From Lobosporangium transversale (taxonomy: Eukaryota), in contig NW_019029012.1 in assembly GCF_002105155.1 (NCBI RefSeq), positions 186,001-250,000 on the forward strand: a stretch of 64,000 bases of DNA, written 5' to 3'. Position 1 is the stretch's first letter; each line of letters begins with the position of its first letter. The notes beneath the pieces are model-generated. The model had not been told where the DNA came from. It ran no database searches and was given only the letters and a program-made list of their open reading frames with translations. This document shows, piece after piece, positions 12,741 to 26,338 of the stretch. A program made the position numbers and the translations under genes.

Positions 12741-14225
12741 GCCTAAAGGCACAGAAGTGGTACGAGAATGCGTTTAGGAGGCGGAGAGGAATATGTATAT
12801 TTACTTAATTTCTTATTTTTTTTTAGTAAGAAAAAAAAGGCTTGATACAAACAGAGGTAATGGGTGAAATGGGTAAGCAGACAGAATGGAGATGGGATGA
12901 AATGTGAGGAAGAGCAAAAAAGCCAAGAAAATGAAGGATAGAAGGAAGAAAGGATGGAGGGAAGGAAGGAAGGAAAAAAAGAAGAAAAGAAGGATAATCA
13001 AGGCGTGGCACACGAGTCATGCGTTGTCTGTCGTTCAAATTGTAAGAGGATGCTGCATACAACAAATCTTGTATCAGGAAACAGAAATTCTCCTTTTCTT
13101 TTTAAGGACCGCAGCAACATAATTTGAATTATTAAATGGATGCAACCCTCACATGTACTACCCAATATATTCGTTGCTCAATGCATTATGGTCGACTTCA
13201 CTTTTTTCTTCTTCCCACCCTATAGAGATTAGACAAGAACTGGATATTGGAACTCCTTCATGCCATTCTTTTAATGTTCGGCGTCAGCAGATCTCAGTGC
13301 ACGCCCTGTGCAGACATGTACACACACGAATACACACATACACCGCACCCACACCAAGTTATGCAAGACAACTTTGCCGCCGTAAAAACGATCAGTTTTT
13401 ATTTTTTAATTTTTTTTTTTGTTTTTTGTTTTAACGGCAATGGACCTTGGTCTGGTGCGTGCCCGGGTAAAATGAATCCATTATATGCTTCGCCTTTTAC
13501 TCTAGACTGCCAAGGGATGTGTCTGTTTATGGGTAACCATGGCACGATTGGGCTGTTTAACAGAATAACACATATTATGTCTAGTTCTTTTGCAAGGGAT
13601 GTTTTATGTTATAAAACCTTTCTTATTGCATGACGAGAGCATTTTGTGGTCTCGATCCCTGCTCCGTTAACGCGATAAGCTTGCACGCCTTATTCCTATA
13701 GCGGCACAGCGAGGTGAACCTTCCGCCTAGTAACTTTCGCTCTCATTTGTATATAACTAACTCCCTTCCTCCATCTCTTTTTTCTACTTTTTCTTCTTTA
13801 TTTTTTGTTCTTCTCTCTTTTTCCTCTTCTCTCTTATTTTTCTCCTTCATCCTACACAAACATTCTTTCTGTGGAACCAGCCAAAAAGTACACAAGCAAA
13901 CAAGCAAGAGGCATATCCAGGTACAGTGCTTACTTTTTATTTTTTATTTTTTTTATTTTTTTTTATTTTTTTAACACAGCTCTAGACAATGTGCTTCACT
14001 CAATTAACACAATGCATTCTCCCCACACCATCATACTACACGCTCACACCCTGCGCACTATAATCCAATCATTGCAGCAAACAACACTTAATTACACACA
14101 ATCCCTTTTTCTCTCTTCCTCCGCTCGCTCAATTGCTCTATCAGACCTTTTCAGGCCAGTGTCATAAGGGACACAGCGTCTTCTTTAAGCCCTACTCATT
14201 AAACATACACCAGATTCGCCTCAAA

Positions 14226-14486
14226 ATGACTTTTCAGTCATCTCAGCGCAACATTGACCGCAATCTCCGTGTCCCGCCTCAACAACAGCAACAGCAACAA
14301 CAACAACAACAGCAACAGCAACAGCAGCCCCACCCTCCTCCTTCTACCCCTCCTTCTCAAACGGGTTCATCTTCCCAAAACGGGGGTAGCACCAGCAGTA
14401 GCAGTACCAGCAAAGATGCAACCAAAGCTGGGGCAATGGGATCATTATCCACGATTGAAGCCTCCTCGGGCTCCGCAGTAGCCTAA
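14226..14486 (+). CDS. Small poly-Q/Ser-rich hypothetical protein (86 aa)
   Basis: ATG at 14226 (MTFQSSQRNIDRNLRVPPQQQ...); TATA-like site near 13750 and an AC-rich leader; N-terminus resembles 16736-16981. Confidence 0.45.
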   Translation: MTFQSSQRNIDRNLRVPPQQQQQQQQQQQQQQQQPHPPPSTPPSQTGSSSQNGGSTSSSSTSKDATKAGAMGSLSTIEASSGSAVA

Positions 14487-14939
14487 AGCAGCCGGCGCTT
14501 GCTTTCTCACCTCCAATCCCTACCCTACACTCTTAATCATATGTAACCCTGATGTTACTGTTATTAACCATAAATTGATGTTCATTTCGATACGATGTAA
14601 AATTTAGTAATACACTGTAAAATTAAATAAAAAAAAAAAAAGTTTTCCTCCTAATTGCTTAACTGCTTAATTGCGACGATATGAATGTCAATCCTTTGTT
14701 TGATAGATTTTCCCGCTTTTTTTTTTTTAAGTTCTCGATCACTCTTTTTTTTTCTTTTTTTCATTTCATTCATTCCTTCATATCACAATTTACTCTCTTT
14801 TCATTTGTTTGTTTGTTTGTTTGTTTCTTTACTCTTAAAAGAAGGAGATGAACAACGTGGTAACCTTTTTTTTTTTTTTTTTTTTACCGCTAACAGCATA
14901 GCCAATTTGATCACCTTCATAAAACTTTCTCGCTTTTTT

Positions 14940-14979
<40 letters not shown>

Positions 14980-16735
14980 CTCCATGACTAATGAAGATTT
15001 AATTTACAACATTTTTTTTTCTTTTTTTCTCCTCGGTAAATGAAAACTTCTTCGCCATCTAAGCACCAAACCATCTAATGCTCTTTAGATTGATAGAGAG
15101 ATCATTACCGGTTAAACAAGCCATATGTGGTCCTTGTCTCTATGATGCTATGGAGAGAACCAATAATTGAAAGCCATTACTAAGGGAAGGAACAACTTTG
15201 ATCAATTCCTATAAAGAGCCTACTACGAATGAAGGCGAGGTCATCATTGCTATTACTACATTATTACCATCATAACCGTTGCTGCCATTGTTAATACTAT
15301 TGCCCTTTCTTACCTTGAGCTTGGCATTCTAGAGCATGACCACTTTTTTTTTTTTATTTTTATTTTTATTTTTTACTTCGCCATGAGAAGCAGCTCTGTT
15401 ATGAGGCGTCGTACAATAGCATATTCCCATGTGGCACTAGCAGCATCACCTACAAAAAACAAAAAAAGAAAGAAAAAGGAAAGGAAGAGAGAAAGAGGAA
15501 GAGAATGATTCCCAGGGTTCAATTGGACACATGTACCGTCAGATCTGTTACTGTTACTCCAAAAGAATTTTTGAACCCGATTGACTATTGACTGAAACAA
15601 AAGAAATGGCGCAGCTGCTAACGACTTATTTGCAAAATAAATCAGCTTGACGCGACAACGCGTTTTTGGGTAAAAATATCCTTACTGCCTTTGCTTGCCG
15701 ATATCATCGTTAGCATAGTAATTACATATCCATTGTCATAACACTTTTTTTTTTTTTTTTTTTTTTTAGAAAAATATATTATACTAAATCAATGGCTATG
15801 CCATAGGAAGTCATTCAACTCATTAGAAGACATTATCATCATAACCACTCTTTCTTATCCTTGTCCCTACAGCGATAGGTAAAGCATTAAGAAATGGCTT
15901 TTATTGTTTCCTTGCCGCTCAGTCGATGGCAAAGCGTACAATCCAATTATACATCGTATCCCAATTCGGCGAAATTTTATCCATAATAAGACTTAGCCAG
16001 GTCGTATTAGTTTTATCTCATACAGATATTAAAGAGTATAGGGTCATGCCACACTCCATTCACTTCATTCCTTATGTTGGCATAGAAGAAAAGAACAGAA
16101 AAGAGAGAAAAATATATCCGTTATAAAAGAGACGAAAACCCTCTTTTTTTTTCTTCTTTAACTCACATTCATCTTTCCAATTAAACTTACACTTGATCAT
16201 TCGAGGCTCAAGCTTCCTACAAACAAAACAAAGCAAAAAAGAAAAGATACTTGATATACCACCTGTAAACATACAGATCAGAATATCAGCACAACAGACA
16301 GAAGGTGAATAAAAAAAATAAAAAATTGAAATAAAATATAAAATCTGCGTGCAAGTAAACTTTGTCAAGCATAAGGTGGTTTTTTATCAGCCATCTAAAC
16401 AGACACTTCCTTTATTTGAATAGCTCTCTGCCGCAACTTAAAGACAAATCGACTACAACGGAAGGACTGACTACAACAGAAAGGAAACAACGCTTTAGCC
16501 AATTGGGCTTTCAGCTTTTCTGCATCCCATTCACACACATACAAACAGAAAAAAAAAACACACAATTGGATAGACATCCTTCGCACAGCATACGCCATTA
16601 TACACAAGTGCAGCTCTTCTGCAGATATATCAACACAGCCACCACCAACCGATACTTCATTTTCTTCTTCTTTTGAGCCTCTCCTGAACACACACAACAA
16701 AAACAAACAAACAAGCAATTAGCTCACTGTCATCT

Positions 16736-16981
16736 ATGCAGTCATCTCAACGTAGGAATCTCGCTAACGCAGGGCCTGTTCAAGGCAATGCTGGTCAAGG
16801 CGGCAACCCAGGTGCAGAAGCAGGTGCAGGTGCAGATGCAGGCACTGGTACGGGCACGGGCACAGGCACAGGCGCAAGTTCGTCTCAAGGAGGCTCTAAT
16901 CAAAATCAGGGCACATCCTCCATGCAAGGAGGAAATAACAATGGTGCAAACGCTGGAGGATCTACATCAACAAGCTCCTAA
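16736..16981 (+). CDS. Small Gly/Gln/Ser-rich hypothetical protein (81 aa)
   Basis: MQSSQRRNLANAGPVQGNAGQGG...; AC-rich leader; shares CAGTCATCTCA (QSSQR) start with 14226-14486. Confidence 0.45.
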   Translation: MQSSQRRNLANAGPVQGNAGQGGNPGAEAGAGADAGTGTGTGTGTGASSSQGGSNQNQGTSSMQGGNNNGANAGGSTSTSS

Positions 16982-17292
16982 AAAAGGAAAACAAAAAAGA
17001 AAAAAAGAGCATCGAGCCTGATGGAATCTTTTACAGACACGTTTTTTTTTTGTATCACAATATAGACTTGGCATGATTGCATGAGATATTGAAAGTTGTA
17101 CAACAAACAAGAGACAACAAAATAAAAATAAAAAAATAGAAATTAAAATAAAAAATGCTGTGTCGTATTTTTTTTTCTTTTTTTATATTTATTTTTTATT
17201 TTTTATTTTTCTTTCATAAACATTTATTTATTATAGTCCAATCAGAAAAGGAAAGGGAAGCAGGTAGATGTTTTGTTTGCAATTTTTTGTCT

Positions 17293-18428
17293 TTATGTAA
17301 ACTTTTGATGAAGGTTTCGCAGATCTGTAAAAGCAATGATGGCAGACGCAAACAAAAGGGCTATATTACAGATGATGGAGTACGCACATCCTAATGTCAC
17401 TGTCCTACTGGAGTTCAGGAGCGTCAGATAGGATGCTCCATAATGTGAGACCAGGACCCAAAGAATGCGAGCATACGACCGTTGAGTGAAGCCGGTGAAG
17501 GAGATCATCATCCAGAGACAGTGGTGTAGAGTGATGATGCATGTAGTAATCGCTATATATTTATACATAAATTACACATTATTTTTTCATTGCGAAACAT
17601 CATCCTTCAAAAAATATATAGTCGTTTGTTCCTAAACGTAGACAGATAAAGAAGAAGTGTTCCCCTCTATTGTCTTGAAACTTTGCTTACCAGAGATAAA
17701 GTAGAGGGATACACTAGGACAGGAGATACACATGAGCACGCCTGGCCCAAGAGATTGTACAAGTTGTGTGATATATGAAATGATGCCAAACATTAATCCG
17801 AATCCGAGTCCAGCAGAAAACGCGTATCCAGATCTGTTGAATCTTGATTTTGGATGCTTGGCTACCATGTTCAGTCCTTTCTCTGCCCGACTATGACAAT
17901 ATTTTAATTCATGCTCAAGTTAGATGGTCCCCTGATTGCTTAGCATGTTTTATTTTTATTTTTATTTTTTATTTTTTTACAAGCATGAGTCGCCCATGTG
18001 ATATATGCTACTTACTTTATTAAAAGATAAAGGAACCAACGGAACATCTCCTGAAGTAAAATTGTGTAGATGATTGTAGATGTATAGGTTTGCCGACTGT
18101 TGGTGGCCAAAAACCAAATAGCAGAGGCCAACAGAAGAGACAGTAACCAAAAAAACATGCTATTCAAAACATAATAATTATAAAATAAAGAGATTGGTTA
18201 AAAAAAAAAAAAAGACAATGCCAATGCAATCTTGTCAATTCAACCAAGTCTGATCCCCTCCACCGTACAGCATGGCAACATCTAAATGACAGAGGTCTAA
18301 TGGTTGCATACCTACCTTGACACCATGAGAATGACCAGTTGGGCATTGGGTGCCACACAACCGAAAAAGATGGCCAAACCTGGTCCATAGGCTGTAAGTG
18401 CACAACCAAAAAAAGTCAAAAGCGTCAT
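17293..18428 (-). CDS. APH1: Gamma-secretase subunit Aph-1, 4 exons
   Basis: MTLLTFFGCALTAYGPGLAIFF...QLVILMVS|SMFFWLLSLLLASAIW...LQEMFRW...|RAEKGL...AGLGFGLMFGIISY...SLGPG...|ITTCIITLHHCLWMMISF...VLVSHYGASYLTLLN; GxxxG motif and conserved His residues. Confidence 0.92.
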
Positions 18429-19038
18429 TTTATTTTTCTTTTTGTTCTTCTTGTTTTATCGAGAGGTTGTATGATTGAGTGTTTGCCCACAAAACAGGGG
18501 CTTTAAGATGCAATGAGTAGAGAGTGCAAAGATGTCAAACAAGGAAAATGGAAACTCAATAAATTAAGTTTAAAAGAGACATAATGGTGGCGTGTCCACG
18601 ATCAAAAAAAAAAAAAAAAAAAAAAAAAAAACTTTTATCGATTTCTTATCCAGGTCGCCAGAACCCTACAGATTAGTTGACGGGGTCTTGGAGTTTGAGT
18701 GAATTGACAATTAACGTTGTAATGTCATTCAAGCCTCCAGTAGGAGTATTTTTTTTTTTTATATTTATTTATTAAGATTACATTAGAAAATCCAAACTCA
18801 TGTTAGGTTCCTGTAGTCAGCTTTTTGAAAAATAGGTGAGATGCGTTTAACAGTGCTAAGATATAATACAGTGGTAAGGGATGATTAAAAAAAAAAAAGA
18901 AAAAGAAAACGCATAGAGTTGCGGTGGGGGTTGCGTTCAATTGCAAGATTTATCCATCCAGTCTTTTTTTTTTTTTTTTTTTTTTTTTTGGATCAAACCA
19001 AATTTAAATTGCAATTTGATTTACAATAAAAGATTGCT

Positions 19039-19355
19039 TTATCGGCCTTTGGGTGTCGTATCCTTCTTGATCCACATTGGCTCTGGATCCGCTGCTGCTC
19101 TTTTTAAAACATCTGAGAAAGCTTGTCTGCGCACCTGATCAGCTTTGACTTGTTCATATTGTTTCTTGAGTTCCGGTGACAGTTTCTAGAATAAAAAGAA
19201 TAAAATGATTATGATAATAAAAGCGTGTTAATGTGTTTTCCCATGGCCAGTCAGCATTTCCTGCCTTCGCACAAATAAACCTTTATTTTTCTTTTTTCTC
19301 TCTCTCTCTTCTTTTAGCTTTTATTGCGGAAACCACAAACAATTAAAGGTCTGTT

Positions 19356-19400
<45 letters not shown>

Positions 19401-19526
19401 GCGGAAAAAAACGCGATTACTTGCCTCGTAAAGTTGATCCTCTGTTGGGACAGTCGTCAGCAATAAAGCATATCCCAGACCAATGATACCTAATCCGACT
19501 GCGAATGCCTTTGGATAATTGCTCAT
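19039..19526 (-). CDS. CBP4: Cytochrome bc1 assembly factor Cbp4-like, 2 exons (GC-AG intron 19186-19424)
   Basis: MSNYPKAFAVGLGIIGLGYALLLTTVPTEDQLYE|KLSPELKKQYE...AAADPEPMW; TM segment followed by TxPTxxQLYxxLSPEL and a late PxW motif. Confidence 0.8.
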
Positions 19527-19762
19527 GTTTCAATGTCAAACTCTGAATGAATAATTATTTTGATGAATGGACGAATGGAGCGATCCTTGTGCTCGGAAAT
19601 TTATGAAAAAACGAAAAAGGAAAAAAAAAGAGGCGATAACAAGTCATGTGACGAAAGCCCTTTGCCTCGTGTCAGTGTCCTGCAAAGTTCCTTCCCCCTC
19701 ACTCTCCTTTTTCTCAATTCAGAACAATTCACACACGACACAAAACGAACAAACCCATAACC

Positions 19763-20647
19763 ATGACCGATAATCTACCCAACATGGCCGATGCCGATAG
19801 CTGTCTTTCTGACAGCCAGCTAGAGGTTAGAAAACAACAAACAGGAGCTACCATTGCCTTTCATTACACACATCGAGTGACTAGGCTATTTCAACATTTC
19901 TTACATTCCTTGTTGGTCATTTTAAATATAGGTCCTAAGGAAACAATACATTCGTGAAGGAGAATATGTAACAGAACAAACTCGTTTTAATTATGCTTGG
20001 GGCCTTATTAAGAGCAAGAACAGACGAGAGCAGACTCAAGGTGTTTTACTCCTCACTGGTAAGTTTTTGAAGCTTTTTTTTTTTTTTTTTTTTTTTTTTT
20101 GCCAAGAGTCGACACAGTATCATGCATGAAATCCGTATCGACCCTACAGGAGTAAAGTCGATGAGAAAAGAAAAATGGCTGATACATATTTTCATTTTTT
20201 TGGGCATTTTCAGACATCTATCGCGAAGTACCGGATAGAAGACGTGAGTGCTTGTTTTATTTAGCTCTTGGACATTTCAAGCTCGGCAACTATAATGACG
20301 CTCGCAAATTCAACGAGTCGTTGCTGGAATTTGAACCTAACAACTCACAAGCCCGTGCGCTTCGTCAAGAGATCGAGGACCGTGTTGCCAAAGGTACACT
20401 TTTCTTTGAACTGTTTGATAATTCATATCTTTTTTTTTTTTTTTTTTTTTTTTGCATTGAGCTGTGACGTCGGCTAAGAAGCTGCTTTGATTAACTCGTT
20501 TATTTTATTTATCTTTATTTTTTTTTTTTTTGGTATACCTGAATTGTGATGGTGATGTATTTAGAGGGATATATCGGAATGGCCATTGTTGGAACAGCAA
20601 TGGCAGTAGGAACGATTGTCTTGACCTCACTTTTGAAGAGACGCTAA
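19763..20647 (+). CDS. FIS1: Mitochondrial fission protein Fis1 (TPR, tail-anchored), 4 exons
   Basis: [28 protein letters not shown]...|[27 protein letters not shown]...EPNNSQA...|[27 protein letters not shown]. Confidence 0.95.
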
Positions 20648-21043
20648 ACAACCTTTTTGCAGGAAATATGGGGAATACACAGCAACAATCGTCCATATAT
20701 ATGCTAACGACAGGAAACTCAATGAATCCCCGCCATGGCTGCATATATTTTGTTTTGCTATTATTTTTACTATTATTATTATTATTTTGATCAAAAGCTC
20801 AAATAAGCATATAAATCTATTGGATATGCTTCAGATACCTTGCTCGAGCCCAACCATGAGAATGTAGAGTATGTTGTCACCTAGACAAGTGACTGATCTA
20901 TCATATTTACTCGTTTTCGCATACCAGGTCCAGATCCAGGTCCGGAACTTTTTCAAAGCAATAAAGTAATAAACTATGACATGGAATTGACTTACTCATT
21001 AGGCATTTTTTTATTACCATTACTTGAATACCTATTACAATGA

Positions 21044-22369
21044 TTATACAATGTCGTCGCAAAGGTCCATTATCCTTGCCATCGCCTGCGCATTTTTAGC
21101 ATCTACAGGACTCAACGATGCAGTATTCGCCAACAGCTTTTGCTTGCCATCATTTTGACTTGACTGTCCCACTACTATTGATGGTTTTGGTGATATTGAT
21201 GAGGCTAATGCTCTTGATACTGTAGTAGACTCTTCTGGCGCCAATTCCATTTCCACATCCTTGTCAAACTCTGGGAGCCGTAGTTTCTCCTGTTTCAGTG
21301 TCCGCAACCCTGCAAGTTGTTTCCTAAGATCAGCGCATGTTCTATGTGCCAGAAAAAAAAGAGAGAGACCAATCCTTTGAGTATTCGGTCCATATGATTA
21401 TATTGCAGTCTATAAACTGACAAAAAGAAGAAGAGTAGTTTCTTTTTGCTTTGTGCGTATTACTTTCTTAAAGCCTCAGTCTCCTTTCTTTTCCTTCGAA
21501 GTTGTTCTTCCATCATAAGCTTTAATGTCTCCCGAGCCTGATGCGGTCTATATTCGTTCAATATGTGGTGCATGTTGATAAAGATAACTCGAATCTGGTC
21601 TACTTTTGTTGCAAACTAGTTGGTTGAACAAAAAAAAAAAAAAAATGATGATAATAATAATAAAAAAAAAATCAATATATTAAAATTGATGGCACCATGC
21701 CAACACACCAACTTCAAACAATAAAACATTTTTTTTTACTTCACTGGGCGATGTGGAAAGGGTATGGACGAGTTCTAAAAAGTTGAATACAACTGAGTGA
21801 TTCAGCTTTTTGAGCTCCTTGACACGATCTACACAATTAGTCGAGTTTTTTTATTTAAATTTTTTTTTTTTTAAAAAAATAAAAATAAAAATCGTTAAAT
21901 TATTATCAGCTTGAACTAGACTAGAAAGAAGCTTAGATCTCAATGGTGTTATCTTACCAATGGGTCCCTTCGGGTATAGTTGTTCAATTCCTTGTTCCTC
22001 AAGCGTTGCTAAACTGTCCTGTACCTGTATATGTTGAGAACGTAAAAATGAATCAAGGAAAAAAGAAAAGGTAAGTATGGCTAAAAGATGGCATAAAACC
22101 TTTTTTTTTTCTTATAGGAAAAATTGATAAGTCCTGCTTACAGGCCAAGCACGTCCAAACATCCAATATACGCCTTTCTTAACTGGCGGCGGAGGCTCAA
22201 GTGCGAGGATGGGAAAAGGTAATGCTTCGAGTGACTTTGTGATCTCTTCATCTCCTGGTGCTGCAACACGAGCTTTCTCTAGTAGAGCGAGGTTTTCCTG
22301 AGTGTATCGTTGATAGTAGTAGGGTGGAGCAGGGAATGCGGCTCCTTGTTGCACATTTACTTCCTCCAT
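21044..22369 (-). CDS. MED7: Mediator complex subunit 7, multi-exon
   Basis: AAFPAPPYYYQRYT...LEPPPPVKKGVYWMFG; EQGIEQLYP; ELKKLNHSVVFNFLELV; FINMHHILNEYRPHQARETLKLMMEEQL. Confidence 0.95.
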
Positions 22370-23079
22370 TTGTGTTCCTTGTTGTTGTAATAACGTTGTA
22401 AAATTAATTGAGTTTTTCCCCAAAGGAGAGAATGGACACTCGCGCGAGAGTAGATTTTATATATACACTTCCTCAATTGCTCACGTGGTTACTCGTCGCC
22501 ACCAATTTTTGAACGCGTCTCGTCAAAGGGACTATCACTCTTACTATTGCTTTTCTTTTCTTTTTTCCTTTGCTTCATTATTCAAACTATTAAATCTAGG
22601 CACAAGTATGCCAAAGTTGACTGGCCCAAGTTACTCTTGTGATTATTAGCCTCTTCAACAGGACAGCCTGACAAAGTTCAGGATATTCGATTTCCAAATA
22701 GTTCGTCTATGAAGACTTTGGTTTAGAACAGACCTGCTGTAGCGAAAAAAAAGAAAAAAAAAAGTTTCAAGAATAATGGTGACTAAAGTGATTAACTTGG
22801 TTGCGGATTATATATTTTTTTTCTTTGCGTCTCTTTCTTCAAAGTAGCGTACAGGGCTAAAGGATATAAGCAAGGGATATGCGAGTGTATACACAGCGCT
22901 GACGAAAGTCCTAATAAAGGAAAGCAGACACCAGCCCTAGTAGGGGAGAACATTGAGTAGAAATGGAAAAATAAATAAAAAGAACGAGGCTTCAGATCAT
23001 TCGAAACCATCTGAAATCTGAATATCTGAATGAATGGTCTGAATGAGGGTGTGCTCAGAAAAAAATTTAAGTGCCTGCT

Positions 23080-23187
23080 TGCAATTCCCGTCAGAATAAA
23101 ATTTTAATCCCCCCCTCTTTCCGGAATTCTTACCCCCCCGTCACTCGCGCAATTCTTATCCCCTGTCAACATTCTGGAGCTGATTCA

Positions 23188-23222
<35 letters not shown>

Positions 23223-23772
23223 CCCACTATATCCTATGGTTCCCACTGTTCTCACACAGCTAGTACAGTATAAAAGGCCCATCAGTGTGCCGATCTGTAT
23301 TTTAGACAATAAATATTCTTAACCCCCATTAATTGCAAAAATGGTTTAGGATCACCAAATGTCTTTTTTTTTACGACTATATTGGACTCATGTGGTGCAT
23401 GTTAAGTTGCTGAAGGTTTTGAACCTAGTGATGAATACGAATCTAGGAGGGGATCATTCATCAAGGAACTGATCCATTTATCTACTGTCAAGCTTTGATG
23501 ACAAGATGAAAAGTAAGAGAGGATCAATGGTGTTGGATTAAAAAGTTAGTCAGATGTAGGTGCAACCAAAAACAGAAAATAAAATCTTCTCTCAAAAACT
23601 GCCTCAAAATGTTGACGGGGGGGTAAGGATTCCCAAAATTAAGATGGTTGACGGGGGGGTGTAACGGAATTCTGACGGGGGAGGGGTAAGAATTCCGAAA
23701 AAGGGTATGTTGACGGGGGGTTTTTGGGTATTCTCAACCGGGGGTCAAAATTTTATTCTGACGGGGGGTGCA
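23080..23772. mobile_element. Non-autonomous TIR element (MITE-like, ~690 bp) with subterminal GACGGGGG repeats
   Basis: 19-bp perfect inverted repeat CCCGTCAGAATAAAATTTT (23087-23105) / AAAATTTTATTCTGACGGG (23747-23765); several CCCCGTCA-type motifs at the left end and TGACGGGGG motifs at the right end; no ORF. Confidence 0.7.
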
Positions 23773-26021
23773 TTTTTCCTTAATTCTTTTGCTCTGCTAC
23801 CAAGTTGATCCGTATCTTCTTGATAGTGAGCCAGTACATGAAGAAAGAAAAGCAAGAATGAGAGAGAAAAGGGGGGAGGGGATATATATGGTCCCGGCTT
23901 TCGGATAATAAGTCTAAGTCGTCATATTATTCAACTTGGTCAGCTAAAAAGGATTGAGCAAAAAAGTCAAGGTCCAAAGACAGCAATGTTCAGCGCTCCG
24001 CTCTTTCCGCTTTCTTTGCGGGGGGCCGTATGAAGCCCCAGGTTGTAATGAGCCTGTTCTTCATTAGATAGTGATACTATCGAGTTTGTAAATCGAATTC
24101 TCATCTCCATATTTTCTTCTATGATCATGTGCTGTGAAAAACTACAAGACTTCATAATTATTGACAGGAGAATAGAGGACGAGAACGAACAAAGACTAGC
24201 ATCTGTGAGACAAAACTTCAGATGGAAAAACAGGTCTGCCAAGTAGACATCCTTGAATAGCGATATCTTCTTTGAAAAACTTTGAGATACTGTACTAGTA
24301 GTTACTTTGATACTTGTGATGTATACGCTCAATTCAGGGCCTGGTAGAATGAATATAAACAGTGTATCGTACTGATGTACTAAGCATACCAACATGAGTT
24401 TTCTTTTTTTTCTGAAATAGAGAAATGAAAATGTTGACATGATAGTAAAAAACTATATCAGTCTCATGTATATCACTGCAAGGAATATCTTGCCTCAAAC
24501 GAAGACGCTCACCATACAATGGACCACTTCATTTCGTAGGTCACCTGTAAGAGAAAAATACAGCTTTGGTTGTTTCCGTGTTTCACATGTTTTATTGTCG
24601 TTCACACTTCCTGAACATGGATGTCAAGTAGTTTAACGTTGTTATATGGATACTCCACAAACCATAACAGTTGCCATCTCTTCCAATACCACAAGAGTGT
24701 TAACATTCTGAACATTTCCTGTTGAACAAGAGGAGGCCCAAGTCAAAATATTCGTGTTATGGGGATGACAACTTGATGATCTTAGAGCCATAAAGGCCCC
24801 CATTTCAAAAACAATCAGCGCCGAGAATCTAGAACTATTGAAAAAGAGCATATGCCAACAATCTTCTATTAAAGAACTGCATGAAGATCGTACCCATTAT
24901 GGCCAATAAAATATCTAAAATAATAAATTTTACTTTTTCTCATGACACCACACTGGGCGGAAAGTCATTTCAGCAGAAGAGGGATTGGTGGTGTTGTAAC
25001 TCCGTCGTAGGCGAAGGTTTGCCTTTCTTGTATGTCCTCTCATCAAAGACGCCTCTCTTCGGGTATAATAATATTCATCTAAGAGATGCCTCGTTCACAA
25101 GATAAAAGAAAACAAGAACAAACATCAGGCACCAAAAGCAGAAGTCTGCAAGAAATGAGGCCTGAATCAAGAATACTTCATTATAGTAGAAACATTAAAT
25201 CTCTATTTATGATACCATTAATTATACGGTAGCGGCAGGTCTTGTTTACATCCTCATTGTTATAAAGATAATAGTAGTAAAAAGATATGAAAGAATAATT
25301 AGTGCAAGTGCTGGATTGCTCCGATGAAGCAACATGTAAATCAGGTATCAATCAAATAATAATAGCACATTCACAGATATAATTATACTCTTGCCTTTTT
25401 TTCACGAGTGTTCGAAAGCGAGAGTGTCCAAATGTTCTGGAGACGCGCCTTTGATACAGGGTTGGACATCTAATGGTGTAGTCTTTCTTGCTTTTTTGTC
25501 CTGTCCCGCACTTTATTAGCCTTTTCTGCTACTTCTCTTCTTCGTTAGTACTTTCGTTTACTTTTTCTTTGCATTTCGTTATTTGGTGTTTTCTTTTCTT
25601 ACTTTTACTTTCATTGACTTCTTGGTACTTACCTTACTTACCTGAGACTGTCCACCCTACCACCCTATACAGTCCCTTACCCTTGAAGAAAAAAAATATA
25701 AAAAAAAACTTCTTCCCGGTATTCGCTTTCTTTCCTGTACTTTCGTTTGCTTTCACTTTTTTGCTATGCTTCTGTTTGTTTCTCTTTCTACTTTCTTGTC
25801 ATGCTTTCGTTTGTATTTCTTTAACGCTTGTTATCTTTTGACTCATTCTTCTTTGCTGGTTCTCTTTCTTACTATCCTTTGCTAGTTCATTTCCTTGTTA
25901 TTCTTTGCTGGTTCACTTTCTTGCTATGCTTTGCTGGTTCACTTTCTTGCTATCCTTTGATACTTCCTTTCTTATTATTCTTTGCTGCTTCACTTTCTTG
26001 CTGCGCTTTGATGGTTCATTT

Positions 26022-26338
26022 CCTTGTTATCCTTTGGTGCTTCCCTTGTTATCCTTTGGTGCTTCCCTTGTTATCCTTTGGTGCTTCCCTTGTTATCCTT
26101 TGGTGCTTCCCTTGTTATCCTTTGGTGCTTCCCTTGTTATCCTTTGGTGCTTCCCTTGTTATCCTTTGGTGCTTCCCTTGTTATCCTTTGGTGCTTCCCT
26201 TGTTATCCTTTGGTGCTTCCCTTGTTATCCTTTGGTGCTTCCCTTGTTATCCTTTGGTGCTTCCCTTGTTATCCTTTGGTGCTTCCCTTGTTATCCTTTG
26301 GTGCTTCCCTTGTTATCCTTTGGTGCTTCCCTTGTTAT
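26022..26338 (+). repeat. 22-bp minisatellite (CCTTGTTATCCTTTGGTGCTTC) x14, inside ~2 kb of degenerate related pyrimidine-rich repeat
   Basis: 14 exact units from 26022 plus a partial unit; flanks (~25750-27450) contain diverged units such as cttgctatgctttgctggttcacttt. Confidence 0.95.

Noticed and set aside
26022..26338. CRISPR-like or telomeric array
   Set aside because: Units are contiguous without spacers, the context is eukaryotic, and the array is internal and unlike TTAGGG.
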